Assembly (NCBI GenBank): GCA_977017575.1
Contig: CDRNVI010000066.1
Location: 62,001 to 126,000 of the forward strand
DNA from: Paramoeba atlantica
Taxonomy: Eukaryota; Protista; Discosea
Length of the DNA stretch: 64,000 nt
Direction: 5' to 3'
How positions within the stretch are numbered: the first letter of the stretch is position 1; every line of letters begins with the position of its first letter. The position numbers and the translations under genes were made by a program. The notes beneath the pieces are model-generated. The model was not told the origin of the DNA. It saw nothing but the letters and a program-made list of their open reading frames with translations, and made no database searches. Of the stretch, positions 32,142 to 41,650 are shown in pieces.

Positions 32142-32742
32142 TATGCCCCCTATATTATGTAGGGGGTACCCTACTGTCTTCTTCTTCTTCTTCTTCTGCA
32201 TAATATAGGGGGTACGATACCGTACGTAAGGTACTGTAGGTGGTACCCTACTACGTATGGGGTTGAATGAGTCAACTGAATGAATCCCAAGTTTCAAACT
32301 CTGAGTCTGATTTTTTGGGCGAAGGGGCCCTACTTGTACTGCTCAAAATAACGGAGATCTGGCCAAGATGATGCGTATCATCTTTAGATTTTGCCAAATT
32401 TAAATCTGTATTCAGTTTCTCCGAGTATTCTTAACTCAAACCGTTCGATTATCGGTGGAATTAAGCCAATATTTCACAAAAAAGTCATATGTTTTTTAAC
32501 GATTTCCTTTTCCTTGTTATTATTTTGTAAAACTACAAGTGTATTAGGCATCCTTTGTTTAGGATTTTTTGGGCCATTTTTGCTTTACGAGTGTATTTCT
32601 GTATATCTAGCGAAGGGGTTACTACGATTTGTGCATGGTGTTCAGATATTTCATGTGCTAGAGCCATGGCCATGAGCAAGGTTGGAAAGTGCAGCGGGTT
32701 TGAGGACATGCAGCACTTCTATTTTGAGATAAATTTATGCTA

Positions 32743-33039
32743 CCGTATACCCCCCAGTAACAGAGATTTGACCATTTTTGGGCTGACCCCCAGTAACAAG
32801 GATTTAGCTCGGGAGGGTGGGTGGAGGGGGGAGGGGGTGTTTGAGCGGGTGGGGTCGCTGGGCTGGGTGAGGGTGGTTGCGCGGGAACGAATGGCGTAGT
32901 TGCGGGGTTGTCTGGACAGAAATTCAACGACCCATGAATAAAAAAGGTCTTTTCCCACCAAAAAAGCATACCCCCCCAGTGACACAGATTTGGCCTTTTT
33001 GGGTCCAAAATCGATTCTATTACTAGGGGGGGTATACGG
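32743..33039. mobile_element. 297-bp MITE-like element with G-rich core
   Basis: TA|CCGTATACCCCCC ... GGGGGGTATACGG|TA; three internal CCCCCAGT(A/G)ACA subterminal repeats. Confidence 0.75.
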
Positions 33040-33539
33040 TAGTTCATTTTATGCGCTTCTGAGAAAGAAATGATTGATTTTTAATTGTGCTTTCGCAATA
33101 TTGGCTGAACCTGACCCGATTATCAACCTCTTGAAGTTACGGATGATCTGCACTATGATTGCGAGAATCGGAAGCAATGATTGATGTCATGTACATACAG
33201 TGTATCCAGTAAGGTTGAATGTATTAGTCCAATGAGTGCACCATGAAGATATCCATCCAGTAAGGTTGAAAGTAGTTGCCCAATGACTGCACCATTTAGA
33301 GGGCGTAAACGCGGAAAAAATAGTACTCAGAAAATTAATATTTTAGTTATCCTTCAATGTTCTAACTCTTCCATCTATTTACCCCCCCCCCGAACAAGTT
33401 CACAAAGCGTAACCATTTCGGAAGCGGATTAGTTGGTACATACATTAGGGAGTCTAACACATTGGATACGCATCACCGAGATTTATGGCATAAAAATGTG
33501 ATAAAAGATCTGTATAGATAAATAATTAAAAATAAATAA

Positions 33540-34227
33540 TTATTCATTTTTATCAATTCTCTCTGCAAGATACCCGTTTGCCGCCGTCGAAACGCGGCAG
33601 CCGAACTTATCCGGGCGTTGTATGGCGATGACCATTATAAGACGACGGAGAAAGCCGTAGATATCACTTACAAATATAGACCGAAAAAATAAAGGCATGA
33701 ACGGAATATACATATTGCTAATTACCGTACCGAGCAAGGTGAGAAAAATAATGCTCCACGTGACGCGTATTTTTTTCAGAGGATAATGTTTCTGTTGAAG
33801 TCTGCGGTTGCGTGCAAACTTCTTCCATTGCATCAGACCGTGGAACGTGCACTTTGGGGGCAAAGTGCGATACGATTCCCAAAACTACTGGACACAGTTG
33901 ACTGAAATTAAGCTTTTTCGACCTGTGTGGAACATCCACCTTCACACGATGATGCTTTCTTTTTTTCGTGTTAGACCAAGGATGAGCAGCACGACGGGAA
34001 GAAATCCAGCTTTCTTTGGATATACCATTGTACCTGGCAATACATTCATGTACGTTTGTGACGTCATACCCAAAAAGTAATCGACTAACAAGTGTGTGAC
34101 TACTTAGCCGTTTTTTAGCTCGAGAATTCCAATCTTTGGTAGGTATAAGTCTTCGCTTGCTTCGTAATGGCATTAAAATAAACTGGTATTGAACAAAGGA
34201 ACATGGCTTAAATGTATTCACGTTCAA
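33540..34227 (-). pseudogene. Possible frameshifted small membrane-protein gene
   Basis: Overlapping ORFs 33718-34227 and 33540-33863 meet at a C5 run; the second has hydrophobic segments. No family recognised. Confidence 0.25.
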
Positions 34228-34651
34228 TTGCGAAAATGTATACTAAGGGACACAAACGGCAACGGCTATGGGGTCTGGTGTGCGGGGCAAAAAGGTTTTA
34301 TGGGAAATGGAGTCAGAAATACACAGTGGGGGTCATCACTTTCCGGGGGGGTCTAAAATTTATGTCGTGAGTGCCTTTCACCTAATTCGTTCGGCATTCA
34401 ATAGATCACGAAATTTCGGGCTGTTTTGCGGTATAAAAACCTATTTTTAAAATTCTATATGAAAAGAATATGCAAGTATCTCAATACAAGGTGCAAGGAA
34501 TTTGTAGTGACGAGGAGATTTTTTATCCGCAGTAATGCAAGAGATCAGTTCAATAATAATAAGTTCAATAACAGTAAAGTAGGTCAAATTACGGTGCAGA
34601 TAAAAACTTTAGAAATATTCTCCTTAATACATAATATTGCAAGAGTAATTG

Positions 34652-36178
34652 TTACTTGATATCTGGGATGTCTTCACGGATTTTCCGAACTCTTGATTTC
34701 ACAAGTTCCCGTATCCATTTCATAGGTTGTGCGCTAATTGATGTGAGGACTCTCTGATGGAACAATATATGATGTACATATTGGTTTACGCAAGTGTCAT
34801 CTTTCCGCATGTGAAAAAGTAACAATTCGTACGTGTGTGCAGGAAACGTCGGTTCACAATAAGACTTACTAGCTATTTCACTGGGCTCCGTTGTTGCCGC
34901 AAATTCAATACACATCCCCTTTTCCAGAAGCATAATCTCTGGACTTCTTATTGCTGTATCGGATGTTGGCGACTCCTGGCTTGGTGTCCCTTCAGTAGAT
35001 CTGCTCATATCCAAGGGATACAGAAAACGTTTTGCTCTGGATTTATATATAAAAAGTGGTGATAGAAGCACGTCCAGCAAAACAAGAGAAGGAATACGAT
35101 CTGGGAAATTTTTCTTTTCCCTTAAGTTTCGAATAAATGTTTTTGTCACACCCTGGGAACACCATTTCTCTGGGAAATCGAAAAGCACTGGATTTAAAAT
35201 ACGGTCCAGTCCCGCATGTTGAATAGAAAAACCAATTTTCTCACACTCAAGCAACTGATTAGCATCTGTGAAACGCTTAGCTCTTAAAAATGCTGCTTCT
35301 GTGATATACGCGTACCTAGTCAGTGACCTATCTTTCATACTTGGATGTGCACCAGTTACCTTGGATAATATAATTCTAATTAATTCTTTCACGCTATAAC
35401 CTTCGCATTTCTCCCCGGAAGTATATTTTCCATTGAATAATCGAGGACAATAGGGTACTTCCAGGTACGTAGCGAGTAAGGAGTGATGCACTGCGTATAT
35501 GTTCAATTGCTCGGCAGGTTCTATTTCAATAATAATATTCCTGTTATTGTAGTGCTTGTTCGTACCGTTGATGTCTTTCTTTAACGATGTTGGAACCTTA
35601 AAAAGCAGCGTGGTAAGCGAAGATTCCAGATCCCTTCTTCTGGGAACCCACTCAGCGAGTGGCTCGTGAATATCGTATTTCATCAATTGGTCAACGTCTT
35701 TTGAAGCATCAAAGAATATTGTGATTTTCGACACGTAATTAAAGTAGCTTTTATTCAATTCATGCAGTAGTTGATCAGGAGAATTTATACCGCTTGTGGT
35801 AGTCGGGATGGCTGTTATAGCTAACTTCAGCAACATAATAGATTGATCCAAAACGTTTGGCCTATGCTCGCACACTCTAGAGAAGCGATGCGCGGCGTAT
35901 AAATCGTATGTCGCAGAGTTGAAGCATTTTAGGGACTCCCCCGTCAAGATGTTTGTGCGTTGATAAGGAACCATTTTATCAGGAGTCGAAAGCCTAGAAT
36001 CATAAAGAGAATTTTTTTCTTTATAATTTTTCTTCAAGTTTTCAAGATGAATATGAAACATTTTCCGAATGCGATGTTTGAAGGTGCGCATCTTGTCACA
36101 CGCCTCCGAGAAGGTAACGATTGTCTGTGACGAATGCAAGGATTCGTTAGAAATATTGTGCTTGTCCATCTCCTTCAT
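34652..36178 (-). CDS. Hypothetical protein, 508 aa
   Basis: Long ORF on the cluster's coding strand with normal composition; no motif recognised. Confidence 0.65.
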   Translation of the reverse strand: MKEMDKHNISNESLHSSQTIVTFSEACDKMRTFKHRIRKMFHIHLENLKKNYKEKNSLYDSRLSTPDKMVPYQRTNILTGESLKCFNSATYDLYAAHRFSRVCEHRPNVLDQSIMLLKLAITAIPTTTSGINSPDQLLHELNKSYFNYVSKITIFFDASKDVDQLMKYDIHEPLAEWVPRRRDLESSLTTLLFKVPTSLKKDINGTNKHYNNRNIIIEIEPAEQLNIYAVHHSLLATYLEVPYCPRLFNGKYTSGEKCEGYSVKELIRIILSKVTGAHPSMKDRSLTRYAYITEAAFLRAKRFTDANQLLECEKIGFSIQHAGLDRILNPVLFDFPEKWCSQGVTKTFIRNLREKKNFPDRIPSLVLLDVLLSPLFIYKSRAKRFLYPLDMSRSTEGTPSQESPTSDTAIRSPEIMLLEKGMCIEFAATTEPSEIASKSYCEPTFPAHTYELLLFHMRKDDTCVNQYVHHILFHQRVLTSISAQPMKWIRELVKSRVRKIREDIPDIK

Positions 36179-36780
36179 CTTCTAGAGTTGCTTAATTAAA
36201 ATGCAGCATTTCGTATCCAATATCATTACTGATAGGCAAAAAAGTACTACTCCCCCTGTCATTAATTATGATTGCGGTGGTTGTATAACTACCGCTCTAC
36301 CCTCCATTATTGAAAAGAAAGTGAACAAAAACAGAACCCCCCCTAGACCCCCCTAGGGGGGCATACGCCGGGAAAATAAAAAAAATAAAAAAACCGCAGA
36401 AGGGTAGCCGGGGTCTTGGCGTACATTTTCCTACCCTACCGCGTATCCGCAGGACGGGATCGCCAAATTCGGATTTTTTTGAATTCTTTTTTGGAAAAAA
36501 GTCCAATTTGGCGAAAAAAATAGCAAAAAAATATTTTTTCAAATTTGTTTCCCCTATTGTATTTTGAGTGTTTGACCAAAAATTCGTGGTCGATACTAAT
36601 AAATTACAATACTTTTTGGCGGGGGTGTATCGGCGGATTATCATATCCAGTGCACCATTTTTTTAGATTATCATATCCAGTGCACCAAAAGTCTATTTTT
36701 GGAAATTCGTTGCTAGTTCTATTCTACTATATTCCCAATATCTATACTGTATACTCTAATTGTTCTTTTCATTATTCCTC

Positions 36781-37739
36781 ATGTCAAAATATCAGAGGCC
36801 CGGGCAAAGGGACAGAGTCACCATTCAAGAGATGCTCGAGGCACACGCGACAAGGCGTGAGATCGGCACGGCCATCGGTAAATCCCAGAGCACCGTTAGC
36901 CGTGATCTGGCCCGTAACAAGAAACGGGGCCGGTGTTACGAAGCCAGCCGCGCACACAGAGTGTCAAAGCGCCGCCTGGTAAGTATGGCTGTGCTTCCCC
37001 GGCTTATCCGTGGGCCTGTGGAGCGCCACATTAAGAAGCGCTTAGGACAACTTCACAGCCCCGAACAGGTAGCCAACACCTTAGTTGTTGGCTCCCAAGC
37101 TTCACCGTCCGTGACCACTATTTATCTCCATGTGGCACGCGACAAAGACGACGGCGGGAAGCTCTACAAATCCCTTCGGATTCGTGGCAAGCGTCCTTGT
37201 AGGCGTCGCTTCAAACGAGGTCGCCCAACGATCCCAAGCAGAGTCCCCATCCGTCTTCGCCCTCAGATAGTTAACAAGAGGCGTCGGTATGGGGATTGGG
37301 AAGCGGACCTAGTGGAAGGAAAAAACCACTCAGGGTACATTCTGACCTTGTGTGAGAGAAAGAGTCGGTTCGTTGTGCTACGTGTGCTACGATCAAAGCA
37401 TGCGGAAGGAGTTGCAAATCAAATTATAAAGGGCTTAAAGAAGTATAAACTTTGTACCATTACGTACGACAACGGTACAGAATTTTCGAAACATGAGCGG
37501 GTGAATGAAAAGCTTCGTTGTAATTATCATATTTCTGCGCTCCGTACCACTCATGGAAAAAGGGGGCGGTGGAAAACATGAATCGCCTAATTCGTCAATA
37601 GCACAAGGCGACCGACTCTTTTGATTCACTCAGCCTTACGGAGGTCACCAAGACAGCAAGAAAGTTGAAGAAGCGGCCGAGAAGGGTTTTACGGTGGGAA
37701 TGTCCGAAGAAATTCGAATACCTGTTTGTTAAAGTTTGA
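36781..37739 (+). pseudogene. IS30-family transposase (frameshift and stop near C-terminus)
   Basis: HTH REIGTAIGKSQSTVSRDLARN; HSPEQVA; GDWEADLV (D); TITYDNGTEF (D); shifted frame FCAPYHSWKRGAVENMNRLIRQ (E); KRPRRVLRWECP. Confidence 0.92.
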
Positions 37740-37807
37740 AGAGTGACGTTGTGTAAGTAAGTCGAAAGTATAATAGTATAGAAGTAGAAAGGGTGAAAGT
37801 GAAGCAT

Positions 37808-40427
37808 TATTTCCACCGGGCGCTCCCGCATAGGCGAAGAAGGGGAAGGGCGCACTGCCTGGGTAAGTCCTTCAGCTTACCCAAGAAGTTTGTGACCTTG
37901 GGAACCTTCGATAGGACCCATCCCTCTTCAAATGCTCCCGTGGCGCCAATATACGCCCCCAGAAGCTTGAACCCCCCCGGAGCATGTTGCATCCTGCTCC
38001 CCGAGAAGGCCGAGTACAAGTCCGGGTGGCGGGTAGCCACCATGCACTTGGCCGTGTTGAGCTTTAAGCCCAAAAACTTGATCTCCGCTTCCATGGAGCC
38101 AAGGGCATTTACGCACACCCCGGGCTCCGCGGCTAAGGTTATATCATCCAGATATGCCCATAGCTTTAGGCAGCCAGAGTATTTTGCCGCCACGGCCGAG
38201 ATGGCGCCCTGTATCCCTAAGGCGAACAGGATGGGCGCCATCGGGTCCCCTTGTTTCACCCCCCCGGGAGCTAGGGATGGCAATCCCCTCCCCCAGGTGG
38301 AGCTTGCTAGGGGTCCCGTACCCGAAAAGGGAGATCCCTATCATAGGGGAAAGGTTCGGATACCTTTTCAAAGCTCGGAAAATGGCCGCGCGGGAAATGC
38401 TGTTAAAAGCATTTTCCAGGTCGACCGCCACGACCACCTCGTCGGGCCTGTCACGGAAGTGGTCTCTCACTTCATACACGACGTGCTCGCATCCTTGGGT
38501 GTATTGGGCTCCGAATTGGAGGCCCTGGAACACAGCAGGGAGGTGGTCTCTGACCTGTTCAAGGGCTAGAAGACCCGCGAGCTTCAGGATGACCTCCCCC
38601 ATGGCTATGGGCCTATAGGATGAGTGATGTTCCACAGGGGCCCCAGGCTTGTTAAAGAGCTTGAGGTTGGCTCCCGTGAGGAAATCCCTCATCGTGGGAG
38701 GGAGGGAGCTCGTGAGGATCCCTTGGATGATCCAAGTGACCACGTCCCTCGGGTCGTCCTCCTGCAGGATGGGGACCAGGAGTTCTTTGGTCCATCCGGA
38801 CGGGCCTGGCGCTCTAAGCGGCGCAAGACTAGTTGCCTTACGGACAACGTCTGCCGCCGACGGGAGGGGTCCATGACATTCCTTTTCATAGACGAACTTG
38901 GGGGTGTTATAAGGACCTCCCGCTGGGTGGAGGCGTTTCACCTGTTCCCCCGCTGTAGCCGGGTTTGCCGGTGGATCGAGGGGGGCTTCCAAAATTTTAG
39001 CCGCCCTCGAGAAAGCCCCCGCCCGGATCAGCTCGATAACCCCTTTGATAACAGAACGGGGGAAGCTGTTGGTGAGGAGGGGATTTGGAGCGATGGATTC
39101 GGACCCCTCTAGGTGAGCCCGTTTCCGTAACTCCCTCGCCAACTGCCTCTGGGACAGCTTGTCCTCGGGGAAAAACAGGAATCGTTTGACCCCGAGAAGA
39201 AGATCCCAGGCGATTTTGGTCTTCCCTTCCTGCGACTTCCTCAAGAAGTCGCTACAGATAGATTTGACGTAGTCTTTCCACGCGGGGCATTGGACTGCGT
39301 ACAGTTTACGTAGTGAGCCCCTATCGAGGAGCTGGGCTAGGCTGTCCGGGGAAGGCGTGACGTTACCCTGCTCAGTGCCCGCGCCTTGGGTATGAGGGGG
39401 CGTGGCGCTGGGGGCCATGTCGGGGGGGTCCAGCCCTGCGCGGTGGGAGTACGGAGGCGGAGCATGGGAGGAAGATGCATGGAGAGGAGGGTGTTGAGGT
39501 GAGGTCACAGCCGCGATACCTTCCATGATAGTTCCTTCCCTGCTGTGGGAAGGGGCGTCGGGCTCCTGGAGGAGGGCACTCGGGGTCTCGCTCGGTGCCT
39601 GCCGGGGCTGGGGGGCGGATGAGGCCAGCGACCCTCGGTTCTTGTGTCTGGGGCCAGGGTTTGCCTCGATGCATCCCCTGCGTAGATTGCATTTGACAAC
39701 CCGGGTGGTCCATCCCGTTTCGCTGACTAGGGTTTCTGTAGGGAGGAAACACCATAGCATACCCTCCTCGTATTCGCGAGGTTTCCAAGCTCCGGTCAGC
39801 ACTGGGGGAATACCGAGAATCTCACTCAGACCGGCCGGGATGTTGTGGGCCGCCTGTAGTCCGGGGGCGTTAATGAACCCGTACATGGATCCATCGTACA
39901 CCCAAATAACGGCCGCCTCGTTGTTACGGAGGTTGTACGGAGGTAGGGACAGGCTGACCACTACTCGTTGAGCGCGATCTAGGCCCTCCCGATCGGTGAT
40001 AGGGGTGGTTTCGCCAGCACTGTCTTTGAGGAGGAGATTTTCCCCAGGGACCCCTAAAGTGTTCCCCACTGTGCGGAGGAAAGCTTGGAAAGGGGAGTCC
40101 GGTGGGCAGGGGGTAGTGGCATATCCGGCACGCTCCGGCCCGAGATCGAGTAGGATCTTGAAGGGTTCTGAAACAGAGTCGACCAGGGGATTGGTTGGCG
40201 GTGCAGGTGTAGCCTGCGGGGGGATTAGCTTCGTCGCTATCCCGGGGAAAGGTGTGGGATGAGGGGGAGAACGAAAGGTGGGCTGGGGCCAGGGTGGGCC
40301 GCCAGCCATCGCACTCGCCTGTGCCCTTTGGAGGTGGGCCTCCATCGTGCAGAACTCCTCATATAGAGCCATGAAGGAGGAGAAGCGATCGGCCTTGATC
40401 CTGAGTGCTTCCGGGGCGTGTTCCTTT
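37808..40427 (-). mobile_element. CRE-clade retrotransposon copy 2, internal fragment (both ends missing)
   Basis: APGPSGW, YRPIAMGEVILKLA, QFG, DLENAFNSISR, then after a shift in a G run GVKQGDPMAPILF, AYLDDI, KLLGAY. No 3' endonuclease or tail. Confidence 0.9.
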
Positions 40428-40529
40428 TTTACATTTTTCAAATATTGGTTTGAACCAAGTATGTTTTCTTTTAGAGTGTCAGATTATTAAAAATACAAAC
40501 TTTTTTCACGGTTTTTCACTAAGAACTGC

Positions 40530-40770
40530 GCACAACAAAACAATTATTTAAGTTGTCTGCTGGAAGACGAACCGTAGCGCGCACTGATTGCTGGCGATCG
40601 AGTCGCTCGCTGGGAAACGAGTTGCGGCATGAGACAGTTAATCATCGACAATCTTTGGTGCACACCAACACTGTTGAACGCATGAATGAGATGCTCAAGA
40701 AGGCAGTACGATCCCGTGGGAATGGGACCCTTGGGTGCTTTGATGAAGAAAGAAAAAATCGACCATAGTT
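40530..40770 (+). pseudogene. Merlin/IS1595-like transposase C-terminal fragment
   Basis: TDCWRS...LRHETVNH...VHTNTVERMNEMLK matches the IS1595/Merlin xDxW...HxTVNH...HTNxIE...LK pattern. Confidence 0.7.
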
Positions 40771-41628
40771 TAGCCGAGAAGTCGTCAATGATCTGAAGAT
40801 CGGAAATAGCGGGGGAAATCCTTTATAAGGCGCTTTTTAAAATCCTTTTAAGCGCTTTTTTTAAATCCTTTAAAAAAGCGAAATCAAAAGAAATAAGTAC
40901 TAGCGACCCATAAACCTAAAAAAAAATCTTCATTTATTTTTTTCCAGAAAAGGCGCAATGATGCTTCACTTTGACCGTAGAAAGTATTATTTCTGGAAGG
41001 TCCAGACCAATGCTTTGTCTCTCACCAGTATGCTTGTTTAAGTTTCCAAGTCGTCTTTTCTGATGTCTAATGCCAGTTCCATGTAGAAAATTATACCAAT
41101 CATTTTAGTGTTCAATAAAGTCCTTTTTTTATAAATAATCTTGGTGCACTGGATATGAAAAAATGTTTGACACCTGCGAACGGGCTTCTTTTTCGGCTTT
41201 TTTGGTGCACTGGATATGCAAAAATGTTGGTGCACTGGATATGATAATCCACGATCTCCTCTAAATATAAACCCGAAACAATAAGCAATAAAATAGCAAT
41301 AAAATTAGCAATAAATAGCAATAAAATGGCCATTCGCGCAGTTCCGGACCGGGTCTTTCGACCTCACCCGAGCCTGCACTGGTAACCCTTCTCTTGTTAT
41401 ACGGGAGGGCCTTTGTTATACGGGGGGGTCTGTGCTGACAGCAGCACGGTTGCGAAACAGGATGCTGGCCGACGGAGAGGAACATAGTTCCTGACCCATG
41501 TCCTACCTCACTTGGAGTACCTCGCCCGTAAGTGCTAGGCGTGAGCAGAGACCCTGTCGGCATCGACCTACCTCACCTACCTCACATTGGAGAACCTCAC
41601 TACATTTATATTATTATATTATTATATT

Positions 41629-41650
41629 ATACAGTTTCTGTACCTTGTTG
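41629..41650 (+). other. Spliced-leader-like sequence at 5' end of element B
   Basis: ATACAGTTTCTGTACCTTGTTG, identical to the element A copy, 32 nt before ATG 41683. Confidence 0.8.

Larger units (their letters stand above)
36635..41250. mobile_element. 4.6-kb composite bounded by perfect 23-bp inverted repeats (Merlin-like ends)
   Basis: GGATTATCATATCCAGTGCACCA at 36635-36657 and its reverse complement at 41228-41250; extra core copies at 36666, 41141 and 41202. No TSD found. Confidence 0.75.

Noticed and set aside
36627-41258. Target-site duplication around the 23-bp TIR unit
   Set aside because: The flanks GTATCGGC and ACGATCTC do not match.
41428-41470. Hammerhead ribozyme
   Set aside because: The core reads CTGACA rather than CTGANGA, and I could not build stems I and III around a GUH cleavage triplet.
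41500-41545. HDV-like ribozyme at a retroelement 5' end
   Set aside because: TAC-CTCGCCC-GTA gives a P3-like stem, but P1 is only 4 bp and no P2/P4 closure is visible.
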